From positions 384,001 to 448,000 of the forward strand of contig CAVZSQ010000013.1 of NCBI GenBank assembly GCA_963777955.1: DNA of 64,000 nt. Reading direction: 5' to 3'. Positions 1 through 9,829 of this stretch are shown piece by piece (the stretch's first letter is position 1; the number at the start of each line of letters is the position of its first letter). The stretch comes from Calditrichia bacterium (GTDB lineage: Bacteria; Calditrichota; Calditrichia; JAJRVZ01). The notes below the pieces were generated by a model that did not search any database, was not told the origin of the DNA, and saw nothing but the letters and a program-made list of their open reading frames with translations. The position numbers and the translations under genes were made by a program.

Positions 1-16
1 TGTAGATCAGTGTGGA

Positions 17-766
17 TTATATATCTGCAATTATATGATCAGGACTATGTTGCCTGACTTTTTGCTGGGAAGGGGGATATCCTTTTCGTTTTTTGAATGA
101 ACGACTGAAACTGGATAGTTCGCTATAACCCAGCAATTGCGCGGCTGCCTTTGCCGATAATTTTAACTGGCTGAAGATGATCCGTTCATAATGATCCAGA
201 AGTTTTTGCATGAATTCCCGGAAAGACAGGCCGGTTTCGCGCTTAAATTCCTGGCTTAAATAGCCCTGACTGATCTCGAGTTGCCGGGCAATCTTGGCCG
301 TGACACAATTCTTTAATTCATGAGCCTCGACGTAATTCATTACCTTTTTGATCCGGACTGACAGGTGATCATAAGCAAATCCCAGTTTCTCGTATGGAAT
401 TTTTTTCCAAAAATTCCTGACCAGATCAAGCAGGATGGTCTGCAGATGCAATTCCCTTTTCTCACCGACAATGATATGGCTGAAATTTCCTAACTCGCCA
501 AATTTTAAAGCATTGGATTGCAGAAAGGGATAGTAATAAACAAAATATGTCTGCGGAAAATTTGTATAGAGCTTACGTATATTTCCGGCCGCAGCGCTAA
601 AATTATCCGCCACTATGATCAGGAACGGTACAGAACCGGGCAGCGATTTATCCAATTCATCGTATGCCGAAAAATATTCGACCTGAATAGCCGGCATCCC
701 CTCAAATACCCGCACAATCTCGCTCTTCAAATTCTTATCGGTGCAATAGATCAGACTTCTAAACAT
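17..766 (-). CDS. AraC-family transcriptional regulator (N-terminal receiver-like region, C-terminal HTH)
   Basis: C-terminal AraC double HTH: IARQLEISQGYLSQEFKRETG ... AAQLLGYSELSSFSRSFKKRKGYPP. Confidence 0.85.
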   Translation of the reverse strand: MFRSLIYCTDKNLKSEIVRVFEGMPAIQVEYFSAYDELDKSLPGSVPFLIIVADNFSAAAGNIRKLYTNFPQTYFVYYYPFLQSNALKFGELGNFSHIIVGEKRELHLQTILLDLVRNFWKKIPYEKLGFAYDHLSVRIKKVMNYVEAHELKNCVTAKIARQLEISQGYLSQEFKRETGLSFREFMQKLLDHYERIIFSQLKLSAKAAAQLLGYSELSSFSRSFKKRKGYPPSQQKVRQHSPDHIIADI

Positions 767-884
767 ATCTTGTTCATTATTAATTTTAGTTAAACATAGA
801 ATTTATTTAAATTTAGATTGTGCCTGAAGTCACAGCCGGGTAATTAAAAATAAAGTTGGTTTTTTAACCAAAAAGGACCATCAA

Positions 885-1358
885 ATGCAATTGGCAACAT
901 TATGTTACCTTCAGTGTAACGCCAAAACACTGATGCTGTATCGCAACAAAAAAAAGAATGATATTCATGCCGGAAAATGGAACGGTCTGGGCGGAAAATT
1001 CATTGCCGGCGAGACTCCTGAAGAATGCGTAATCAGAGAGGTAACTGAGGAAAGCGGTTTATCGATAAAAAATCCTCGCTTACGTGGTATCATGACTTTC
1101 CCCAATTTTAGCTGCGGAGAAGACTGGTATGTTTTCATTTTTACCGCAAGTGAATTTGATGGTCAAATGTCTGATTCCAGTGAAGGACAACTGGAATGGA
1201 TCGATGACGACAGGCTATTATCGCTGGATCTATGGGAGGGTGATAAAATATTTTTAAAGTGGTTGCAGCAGGATCGATTCTTCTCGGCCAAATTCATCTA
1301 TAAAAACAAAAGTCTGATCGAACACCGGGTAATTTTTTATGATTCCGTCAGAAATTAG
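885..1358 (+). CDS. mutT: Nudix hydrolase, 8-oxo-dGTP diphosphatase (MutT/MutX type)
   Basis: Nudix box GGKFIAGETPEECVIREVTEESGL; KWNGLGGK and SSEGQLEW/LWEGD motifs of the MutX/MTH1-like group; SD AAGGA upstream. Confidence 0.85.
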   Translation: MQLATLCYLQCNAKTLMLYRNKKKNDIHAGKWNGLGGKFIAGETPEECVIREVTEESGLSIKNPRLRGIMTFPNFSCGEDWYVFIFTASEFDGQMSDSSEGQLEWIDDDRLLSLDLWEGDKIFLKWLQQDRFFSAKFIYKNKSLIEHRVIFYDSVRN

Positions 1359-2076
1359 ATTTTGGCCGGCGAGCGCCGAAGATTACTTCGCAGGGTGAAT
1401 TTTTGGTCACTAATTTCTGCAACTGCTTGCACCACAAGGCAATGAAGGTCCGGCACGATCCGGATCCGTCCGCCGCTGTCCCTATGTTACTTTGTGCCTC
1501 TGCCCTTTGTGCCTTATTTATTTCGCTATATCTGAAACAATCCACCAGGTGATCGTTCACCATCCCAACGGCCTGCATGAAAGCATAACAGATAGTCGAA
1601 CCCACAAATGTAAAATCCCGTTTTCGAAGATCTTTACTCATGGCATCAGACTCGCCGGTATGGGCCGGTAGTTCTTTCAGGCTGTGCCAGGCATTGATGA
1701 TAGGTTTCCCCCCGCTGAACTTCCAGATATATTGATCAAAACTGCCAAACTCCTGCTGGACTTTCAGATAAGCCCGGGCGTTTTTCACAGCGCTTTCAAT
1801 CTTCAGGCGGTTGCGGACGATACCGGGATTGGTGATAAGTTTTTCTATCTGGCGCTGGTTGAATCCGGCTACTTTTTGCGGATCAAATTGCGCGAAAGCC
1901 ATGCGATAATTTTCCCGTTTTTTCAGTATTGTCGACCAACTCAATCCCGCCTGTGCTCCTTCCAGGATTAACATTTCAAACAGCCTGCGCTCATCGTGCA
2001 GCGGCAGCCCCCATTCCCGGTCATGATAATTTAAATAAAGTTCGTCTGTTCCTGCCCAGTTACAGCGTTTAAGCAT
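1348..2076 (-). CDS. tag: DNA-3-methyladenine glycosylase I
   Basis: RCNWA, YHDREWG, LEGAQAGLSW, IVRNRLKI, FVGSTICYAFMQAVGMVNDHLVDC motifs; start placed at the ATG at 2076 (MLKRC); about 50 aa C-terminal extension is atypical. Confidence 0.93.
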   Translation of the reverse strand: MLKRCNWAGTDELYLNYHDREWGLPLHDERRLFEMLILEGAQAGLSWSTILKKRENYRMAFAQFDPQKVAGFNQRQIEKLITNPGIVRNRLKIESAVKNARAYLKVQQEFGSFDQYIWKFSGGKPIINAWHSLKELPAHTGESDAMSKDLRKRDFTFVGSTICYAFMQAVGMVNDHLVDCFRYSEINKAQRAEAQSNIGTAADGSGSCRTFIALWCKQLQKLVTKNSPCEVIFGARRPKSNF

Positions 2077-2175
2077 GAGCTTTACTCCTGTTAACCGGCC
2101 TAATTTACGATATTTCAATGAACGGCAGTATCTAATTTGTTAGTCAGCAATCCGGCATTTTCTGCTTTTTTTAAA

Positions 2176-2202
2176 TATATAATTTCGAAATCGTGCCGAT
2201 AG
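2176..2202 (+). promoter_or_regulatory. Possible sigma28 (FliA)-type promoter upstream of the ATPase-MscS-glgP operon
   Basis: TATA-N15-GCCGATAG versus consensus TAAA-N15-GCCGATAA. Confidence 0.35.
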
Positions 2203-2295
2203 TAATAATGAATAATGATTTATCTGAATCAGCAGTTATTAATGACGATAGTTTTGATCATTTTTGATGGTATACGCCAGGAATAAAGGTCGCTA

Positions 2296-5200
2296 ATGCA
2301 GATTGAACCTAAACAAATATTAGTTCAGTTTGAAGGTATAACCAAGACTGCGCTGCAAACCACTTTTGTCAGCTGGTACCAGTACCATCAGGAAAAAATA
2401 AGTGAACTACAGGCCATATTGGATCCTCTAAAAATACATCTGGTGCAACCGGAAGAGTGGACTCACACTCCGGAAGAATTGTGGCACGAGGTTGAGGAAA
2501 TCAACCGGCGGGTAATCAAGTGGACCACGTCCCTGCATTATCTTTCTTCCGATCTTGAACTGGAACAATTGAGCAAAACCTGGTCTGATCAATTCGATTT
2601 AATCGAAAAAAATCTGCCCGATGAAATCCGCATCCTGATCGGTAATACCTTCTGGCAGGGACAACCGGATGATTCCTTTTCCACGCGCCTGCGCAAACGC
2701 TATTACAAATCGAAGCGCTGGTTGCATCTTAAATTCCTGACCCTGCATAATCTGGGACGGCGTGTGGCCCGAAAAGCACCGTTAAAATCCGAAGACCTGA
2801 GCCATCACATTCCACTGCATAATTTTTTGTATTACTATCTCGGCCTTCCTTTTAAACAATTTATACTGGCCGAATGGCAACGTTTCTTACAGGCTGTTTC
2901 AGGGCAATATTTTGTGCTGCAGATGAAAAGTGCCGAATTAAACAATAAGATCCTGTTAGTGGACCGTTTCCCGGTAATTTATAAGCTGGTCGAAAATATC
3001 AATATTTTTGATGAATTATATGAGCTGGCAGAAATCCTGAAAAGCGTTGACGAAACTTTGCAGGTTCTGATCGGCTATGACAAGCAATTCCGTGTACGGC
3101 TGGAGAAAATACTGGTCGAGGTTTCCTCCCGCTTCCAATCTGCCTGGAACGATGCCAGGACTTTCCAGATAAATGATAAAAAATATGCAGACAAAAAAAT
3201 CAAAAGAATAAATCAGCAGTTAAAAATTCAGTTCCAGAAATCTGTCTTAAACTGGTATAACCATTTCCGCGGCCTGCGTCAGGATTGGCAAAAAAGCCTG
3301 CAACTGGCTTTATTGCAGTTTCAGGCTGCTCATACCTTAAGAAAAATCGCCCGGACCACTGAAGATAAGATCAGAAATATTGTCGATCCCCTGTTCAGTG
3401 AAATTACCACACTGATACATAACGCTGAGGCCAGATTCACCCCGATTGCTTCATCCAGAGATCTGGAAAAACAAATTAAAACCGAGACCGAACTCACCTT
3501 AAAGACCGGGATCCAGCCTAAACTGGCCGGATTGATCGATACAATCCATCACGTACAACTGATTGCCGATCTGCAATCATTTTCCAGTCAAATCTCAACA
3601 GACCTGGAGGCCCTGGGAACCAATTATAGCATTTTCCTCAGACGCGATACTGAGAATTCCCCGCCCCATTCCCGCTTAGTTGAAATACCGCTGAAAGAAA
3701 TTATCCATAAATATATTTTAAGTGAGTTGGTAGCCGCCAATCAACCGACTATTTCCCAGACCAGCGACCGGTTGGAGAAGACCATCCGTTCGATATCCGA
3801 AATTGACCAGATACTTGACCATGCCTTCGATACCGCTTCGAATCTGATTTATCAACATGGATCTGAACTTGAAATCCAGGAGCCGCAATCGATCATCCAG
3901 GATGCTTTTCAGCGGATCAAGAAAATATTAACCATGCTGAACCAGGAGATCAATGCTATGCCCCAGCAGGCGACCATGGCCATGGTCAATGATCTGCTGA
4001 AATTCGAGAATCAGTTGCAGGACCTGTCTGAAATCAAAAGAGTCATGGATTTAAAGAAACGGTTAATCCGTGAACAAAAACCATCCTGGTTGAAACGGCC
4101 GGTTACTGTCGTACAACCCGCTGCCTGGCACAGTAAAAAGGAAGTTCCGGCTGTGACGCAAACCAGACCGGGTAAAGAATCCGAAATGCTTAAACAACCG
4201 ACTCCACTGCCCATCGCTGCCATTGGTTCCTTCATAAAACAAATCCATTTGCAGATTGCGCGTTTACCTTTTGTATATCAGCGTTTATTCCTGTTGGAAC
4301 CGTTGACCAACCTGCGCTTTTTTAATGGGCGGGAGCAGGAAATCGCCGCTATCCGCCAGGATTATATTGACTGGAAAAACGGCAGTCCTACCTGCCTGGT
4401 CATCGTCGGTGAAACCGGCAGTGGGAAAACATCCCTGCTAAATCAGCTCGAAAACAAGTTATTCGACTCGCCTTCCCTGATTAAACTGGAACTGCAGGAG
4501 AAATTATACAGTGAATCCAAATTAACCGATTTCTTAAAAATTAAATTAGGTTATCCCGCTGCCTCTTCGCTGACCGAGATCGAGATCCGGATCAGGCATG
4601 AAAGAGAAAACCGGATCTGCATCCTGGAAAATTTACATCACTCCTTCCTGCGTATTGTCAACGGGCTTGATGCCCTGGAGAAATTATTACTGCTGATCAC
4701 CAGAACCCAGCAAAAAATATTCTGGATCGTGACCTGCGATCAGCAGGCCTGGCATTATCTCGATAAAGTGATGAACATCTCCAGGAACTTCTGTAAAGTT
4801 TTGACCCTGGGCAGTATCTCCGCAGAAGAAATGAAATCTATCCTGCTTAAACGTCATCAGGTCAGCGGTTATGAGCTTGACTTTGAAATTCCAAAATCCT
4901 GGCCGCAGAATGGAAAACTGAACAAATATTTCAATGGCCGGCCCGGTACGCAAAGATTATTGCAGGAATTTTTCTTCACGGAACTCAACGAATTGTCAGC
5001 CGGTAATATTACCATCGCTATCCTGCACTGGCTGCGGGCTATCGACAAATTCGCCGCAGATAAATTAATTCTGACTCCATATGTTGGTTTCGATTATTCC
5101 TGCCTGACCGAATTACAGGAAGAAGATTTATTCACCCTGGCTTCTATATTGAATCATGAAATACTCAACGCCGGCGATCATGCTTTGATCTTCAGGCAAA

Positions 5201-5337
5201 TTCCCGAAAACAGTATGATGCAAATGGTCCGGTTACAGAATTATGGATTACTCCTGTCAGCCCAGTCAGGATTCCAGGTTAATCCCCTGCTTTACCGCCC
5301 TGTGATAAAACTGTTGTCCGCAAGAAATGTATTGTGA
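2296..5337 (+). CDS. Large P-loop ATPase (long helical N-terminus, C-terminal AAA+/STAND-like domain with probable winged helix)
   Basis: FNGREQE upstream of Walker A GETGSGKTS; Walker B-like ICILENLH; overlaps next gene by 4 nt (GTGA). Confidence 0.7.
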   Translation: MQIEPKQILVQFEGITKTALQTTFVSWYQYHQEKISELQAILDPLKIHLVQPEEWTHTPEELWHEVEEINRRVIKWTTSLHYLSSDLELEQLSKTWSDQFDLIEKNLPDEIRILIGNTFWQGQPDDSFSTRLRKRYYKSKRWLHLKFLTLHNLGRRVARKAPLKSEDLSHHIPLHNFLYYYLGLPFKQFILAEWQRFLQAVSGQYFVLQMKSAELNNKILLVDRFPVIYKLVENINIFDELYELAEILKSVDETLQVLIGYDKQFRVRLEKILVEVSSRFQSAWNDARTFQINDKKYADKKIKRINQQLKIQFQKSVLNWYNHFRGLRQDWQKSLQLALLQFQAAHTLRKIARTTEDKIRNIVDPLFSEITTLIHNAEARFTPIASSRDLEKQIKTETELTLKTGIQPKLAGLIDTIHHVQLIADLQSFSSQISTDLEALGTNYSIFLRRDTENSPPHSRLVEIPLKEIIHKYILSELVAANQPTISQTSDRLEKTIRSISEIDQILDHAFDTASNLIYQHGSELEIQEPQSIIQDAFQRIKKILTMLNQEINAMPQQATMAMVNDLLKFENQLQDLSEIKRVMDLKKRLIREQKPSWLKRPVTVVQPAAWHSKKEVPAVTQTRPGKESEMLKQPTPLPIAAIGSFIKQIHLQIARLPFVYQRLFLLEPLTNLRFFNGREQEIAAIRQDYIDWKNGSPTCLVIVGETGSGKTSLLNQLENKLFDSPSLIKLELQEKLYSESKLTDFLKIKLGYPAASSLTEIEIRIRHERENRICILENLHHSFLRIVNGLDALEKLLLLITRTQQKIFWIVTCDQQAWHYLDKVMNISRNFCKVLTLGSISAEEMKSILLKRHQVSGYELDFEIPKSWPQNGKLNKYFNGRPGTQRLLQEFFFTELNELSAGNITIAILHWLRAIDKFAADKLILTPYVGFDYSCLTELQEEDLFTLASILNHEILNAGDHALIFRQIPENSMMQMVRLQNYGLLLSAQSGFQVNPLLYRPVIKLLSARNVL

Positions 5338-6332
5338 TAGGAGCTAAAATGTCCCGTCGAACTATCTTTGGTCTGATCCCGGTATTTCTTTCGGTTCTGT
5401 TGATTTGCAGTAATAACCTGTCTGCCCAGACTTCTTCAAAAAAACCGCTGAAAGCCCAACCGGTAAAAACTGCTCAGGCACCGGCAAAAACCGCTCAGGC
5501 GCCGGCAGCTATCCCGGCCACGGAACCAATAACGGTAACAAAACCGGTCGATACGGGTTCAAGCCCGCTGCCGTGGCTGGAGTATTTGCAAAAGATCGGT
5601 CTGGCTCTGGCCACACTTATCCTGGCCTTTCTCTTAATAAAATACATCAGCCGTGTGGTGATCCTGATTTCAGAAAAAACACATATTTTAAAAATTACCA
5701 CAAAGCGGCTGGTACTGATTGCCAATATTATATGGTGGACCGTGGTTTTCTACCTGATCATTGAATTGATACTGTCCCCGCCCATTCAAACCAGCATTAT
5801 CATACTGGCATCGATGGGACTTGCTATCAGTTTAGCCCTGCAGGATATTCTGAAAAATGTATTCAACGGAATGTCGATCCTGCTCGACCGTTCTTTCCAG
5901 GTAGGCGATAAAATACGTGTCGGAAAAGATTATGGCCAGGTCTACAGCATCAGTTTACGCCGGATTCAGTTACTGACTCCCGAGGAAACAATTATTACTA
6001 TTCCCAGCAGCGAGGTTGTCCGTCAAACTGTGGTCCATTTCAATGCCGATGCTTCCCATTCGGTTGTCGATATGGAAATATTTTTGCCGCCGGATATAGA
6101 TATGGTGGAAGTCAAGAAAGTCGCCCTGCGGGCGGCTGAGGTTTCCCGTTACATCTATCTGCCCAAACCGCTGCAGATCTATTTCAGCAATACAATACAG
6201 CAGGGTCAACTGATACTTAAACTGCACATACACGCCTTTGTTCTGGATATCGGTTCTGAGCGGCTGTTCAGCAGTGAAGTTACTGAAGTAGTCATCCAGG
6301 AATTAATAAACCGCAAGTTATTAAAAGTGTAA
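5334..6332 (+). CDS. Small-conductance mechanosensitive channel (MscS family) with signal peptide and Pro/Ala-rich linker
   Basis: GLAISLALQDILKNVFNG...DRSFQVGDKIRVG...GQVYSISLR...ITIPSS MscS signature; three predicted TM segments; start may be ATG at 5349. Confidence 0.85.
   Translation: MIGAKMSRRTIFGLIPVFLSVLLICSNNLSAQTSSKKPLKAQPVKTAQAPAKTAQAPAAIPATEPITVTKPVDTGSSPLPWLEYLQKIGLALATLILAFLLIKYISRVVILISEKTHILKITTKRLVLIANIIWWTVVFYLIIELILSPPIQTSIIILASMGLAISLALQDILKNVFNGMSILLDRSFQVGDKIRVGKDYGQVYSISLRRIQLLTPEETIITIPSSEVVRQTVVHFNADASHSVVDMEIFLPPDIDMVEVKKVALRAAEVSRYIYLPKPLQIYFSNTIQQGQLILKLHIHAFVLDIGSERLFSSEVTEVVIQELINRKLLKV
5460..5507 (+). repeat. 21-nt tandem repeat in the MscS N-terminal linker (PVKTAQA/PAKTAQA)
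   Basis: ccggtaaaaactgctcaggca ccggcaaaaaccgctcaggcg ccggca. Confidence 0.8.
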
Positions 6333-6348
6333 CCGCCGGAGTGTCCCC

Positions 6349-8892
6349 ATGCCGAAAAAACAAATACCCGCACAGAAATCACTTACAGGCAAACAGGTTT
6401 TTCTGCGAAAGCCAGCTCCAATTACCAACCATTTTCAGGGCACCGATACCGATACACTGGCCAGATCGTTCATCAATCACCTGGAATTTACCCTGGCCAA
6501 AGATGAATATTCTGCTACACAGCGTGATTTATTTAAGAGCCTGGCCCTGACTATCAAAGATCGCCTGGTGGAGCGTTGGATTGAAACCCAGCAATCTTAT
6601 TATCGTCATGATGCCAAGCGTATTTATTATCTGTCCATGGAATTCCTGATCGGCCGGCTGCTGGGAGATAATCTGATCAATCTTGGCCTGTACGAAAATG
6701 CACATAATGCTTTAAAAGCCCTGGGCCTGGACTTGCAGAAATTACGGGATCTGGAAGAGGATGCAGGTTTAGGTAATGGCGGGCTGGGTCGCCTGGCCGC
6801 TTGCTTTCTGGATTCCATGGCTACCCTGGAACTGCCGGCTTATGGTTATGGTATTCGCTATGAATACGGCATATTTTCACAGCGGATTAGAAACGGTTTT
6901 CAACTCGAAACTCCCGACAGCTGGTTGCGCTACGGCAATCCCTGGGAAATTGAGCGCCCGGAATATATCTATGTAATCAAATTCTATGGTAAAGTTAATC
7001 AGACCAGGGATGAGCAGGGCCAGCCATGCAGCGAATGGGTCGAAAGTGAAGATATTATCGCCATGGCTTATGATACCCCTATCCCCGGTTATCAGAATAA
7101 TACCGTCAATAATCTGCGTTTGTGGGCAGCTAAATCGACCCGTGAATTCAACCTGGAATATTTTAATCATGGAAATTATGAACAGGCCGTAAGTGATAAA
7201 ATCGAATCGGAAACCATTTCCAAAGTGCTGTATCCCCGGGATGATTTTATTGAAGGACGCGAACTCCGCCTGAAGCAGGAATATTTCCTGGTTTCCGCCA
7301 CTCTGCAGGATATTGTCCGCCGCTACAAAAAAGCACATAATGATCAATTTAAAAGTTTTGCCGACAAGGTGGCCATCCAGTTAAATGATACACATCCGGT
7401 GCTGGCCATCCCGGAACTTATGCGCATCCTGGTCGACCTGGAAAAAATACCCTGGGACAAAGCCTGGGATATAACGGTGAGGACTTTTGGTTATACCAAT
7501 CATACCGTCCTGCCGGAAGCCCTGGAGGTATGGCGGGTTAAATTATTGGAACAGGTTCTGCCCCGGCATCTGCAAATAATATATGAAATCAATCTGCGTT
7601 TTCTGGAAAGTGTCAACAAGTTGTTTCCCAACGAAAACGAGCGGATGCGTCACATGTCCCTGATCGAAGAAGGCATGGATCGCAAGGTTCGCATGGCCAA
7701 TTTGGGCATAGTCGGCAGCCATTCGGTGAACGGTGTGGCCGCACTGCATACCGAAATTCTGAAAAAACGGGTATTCAAGGATTTTTATGATCTGTGGCCC
7801 GAAAAGTTCAATAATAAAACCAACGGCATATCCCAGCGCACCTGGCTGCGCTTATGCAATCCACAACTGTCCCGTTTAATTTCGGACTCCATCGGTGAAG
7901 AATGGGTTACGAATTTAGCCGAACTGACCAGGATCAGCTCGTTAAGTGAAAATATGGAATTTCAGCAGAAATGGACCGAGATCAAACACCATAACAAAAT
8001 CCAGCTGGCAAATTATGTCAGGGATAAACTATGTATCGAAGTGAATCCGAATTCCATTTTTGACTGCCAGATCAAACGCTTCCATGAATATAAACGCCAG
8101 TTACTCAATTTACTGCACGTGATTACCCTGTACCAGCGTCTTAAAAATTCAAAAAAGACGTCACAGTTGCCACGTACGGTTTTCTTTTCCGGAAAAGCAG
8201 CGCCGGGGTACGACATGGCCAAACTAATCATTAAACTGATCAATTCGGTAGCTGAGAAAGTAAACATGGATCCCGAAATAAATAAGCGCTTAAAAGTTAT
8301 TTTCTTACCCAACTATTCGGTATCCCTGGCTCAGATCATCATTCCTGCCGCAGAACTTTCCGAACAGATTTCCACGGCAGGGATGGAAGCCTCCGGCACG
8401 GGTAATATGAAATTTTCTCTGAATGGCGCGTTGACGATCGGTACTCTTGATGGGGCCAACATTGAGATTCAGGAAGAAGTGGGCAAGGAAAATATTTTCA
8501 TTTTCGGCCTTACAGCCGAAGAGGTAACCCATTTACGGCAAGGCGGATACAATCCCTGGAACTTCTATAATTCCGATCCGGAATTAAAACAGGTTTTAGA
8601 TATGATCAGCGAAGGTTATTTCTCCAAAGATGAACCGCAACTGTTCCGGCCGATCGTAGAAGCATTACTGCACAAGGGAGATTACTTTATGCTGCTGGCC
8701 GATTACCGTGCCTATCTCGATTGCCAGTCCCGGGTGGAAGAAACCTATCGCAACCGGCAGATCTGGAACAAAATGTCCATACTCAATGTGGCCAATATGG
8801 GTAAATTTTCAAGTGACCGTACCATTGCTGAGTATGCCGGAGAAATTTGGAAGGTAAAACCGGTAAAAATACAGTTAGGTACGAAACAATAG
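6349..8892 (+). CDS. glgP: Glycogen/starch phosphorylase
   Basis: GLGNGGLGRLAACF, QLNDTHP, PLP-site EASGTGNMKF, FSSDRTIAEY. Confidence 0.97.
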   Translation: MPKKQIPAQKSLTGKQVFLRKPAPITNHFQGTDTDTLARSFINHLEFTLAKDEYSATQRDLFKSLALTIKDRLVERWIETQQSYYRHDAKRIYYLSMEFLIGRLLGDNLINLGLYENAHNALKALGLDLQKLRDLEEDAGLGNGGLGRLAACFLDSMATLELPAYGYGIRYEYGIFSQRIRNGFQLETPDSWLRYGNPWEIERPEYIYVIKFYGKVNQTRDEQGQPCSEWVESEDIIAMAYDTPIPGYQNNTVNNLRLWAAKSTREFNLEYFNHGNYEQAVSDKIESETISKVLYPRDDFIEGRELRLKQEYFLVSATLQDIVRRYKKAHNDQFKSFADKVAIQLNDTHPVLAIPELMRILVDLEKIPWDKAWDITVRTFGYTNHTVLPEALEVWRVKLLEQVLPRHLQIIYEINLRFLESVNKLFPNENERMRHMSLIEEGMDRKVRMANLGIVGSHSVNGVAALHTEILKKRVFKDFYDLWPEKFNNKTNGISQRTWLRLCNPQLSRLISDSIGEEWVTNLAELTRISSLSENMEFQQKWTEIKHHNKIQLANYVRDKLCIEVNPNSIFDCQIKRFHEYKRQLLNLLHVITLYQRLKNSKKTSQLPRTVFFSGKAAPGYDMAKLIIKLINSVAEKVNMDPEINKRLKVIFLPNYSVSLAQIIIPAAELSEQISTAGMEASGTGNMKFSLNGALTIGTLDGANIEIQEEVGKENIFIFGLTAEEVTHLRQGGYNPWNFYNSDPELKQVLDMISEGYFSKDEPQLFRPIVEALLHKGDYFMLLADYRAYLDCQSRVEETYRNRQIWNKMSILNVANMGKFSSDRTIAEYAGEIWKVKPVKIQLGTKQ

Positions 8893-8896
8893 AATA

Positions 8897-9586
8897 TCAA
8901 CTGAAATCCGTTTTACTCACCCTTGCTCTCTGATCGGCCATTTTACAGGTAATGCAAATCCGGGTTGTGGGTACCGCTTCCAGCCGGGCCTGGTCGATGG
9001 ATTTTCCGCAAACGCGACAGGTACCGTATTCACCGGATTCAATCGCTTCCAGCGAGCGCTCTATTTCCAGCAGGTATTTTTCTTCACGTGAGATAAAAAG
9101 GAAATATTGTTCGCGATCCATAGTATCGGTGCCATATTCGGCAGGATGGTCATAGTACTTGGAGATGTTCTCTGATTCTGTCCCCTTGGCACTTTCCCGC
9201 AGTTTTTCTATCCCTTCCATCACCTGGCGGCGTTTTTCAATCAGAATTTTCTTATACCGCTGCAGCATTTTTTGTTTGGCCAGACTTAGATGCGGTTTAA
9301 GAGGTAATTTTTTTTCAATTTTAAGCAGTACTTTTTTAGCGGCTTTTATAACTTTTCTTTTTATTATCTTGCCCTTCGATTTTTTCACCGATTTATGTAC
9401 AGCTTTTTTCGCCGGTTTCCTGATGAGTTTCATTGGCATTTTACCCGGACGTCTTTGACCTGTTTTCCGCACTGCTTTATGAACAACTTTCTTCTTCGCT
9501 GTACCGGTTTTTTTAACTGCCCTGGGAGCGATTTTCTTTTTCGCTGAGCTGGTCTTAATTTTCTTTTTAGCCATAGTACTTACCAT
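8897..9586 (-). CDS. dksA: DksA/TraR C4 zinc-finger protein with lysine-rich N-terminal extension
   Basis: YGTCRVCGKSIDQARLEAVPTTRICITC zinc finger; coiled-coil tip HPAEYGTD; start may be ATG at 9574. Confidence 0.8.
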   Translation of the reverse strand: MVSTMAKKKIKTSSAKKKIAPRAVKKTGTAKKKVVHKAVRKTGQRRPGKMPMKLIRKPAKKAVHKSVKKSKGKIIKRKVIKAAKKVLLKIEKKLPLKPHLSLAKQKMLQRYKKILIEKRRQVMEGIEKLRESAKGTESENISKYYDHPAEYGTDTMDREQYFLFISREEKYLLEIERSLEAIESGEYGTCRVCGKSIDQARLEAVPTTRICITCKMADQRARVSKTDFS

Positions 9587-9829
9587 AAACCCTTAATTAA
9601 TTTCATGTTTTGTGCCTATAGTCGGACAATTTTAGCGCTAAATTTACTATATATTTTTAAAAAAAGTAGTATATAATGTTACTCATCTATTAATTTTTTT
9701 ATCATTTTTTATTCTGCTGACTTCATAATTTAATTATTTTCAATGAGTTATATTGAATCTTTGAATCGTTATTAAATTAGGAGTATTAATTCCGAATGGG
9801 ATTAAAATCAAAGTTTAAAGGCAGTACTT

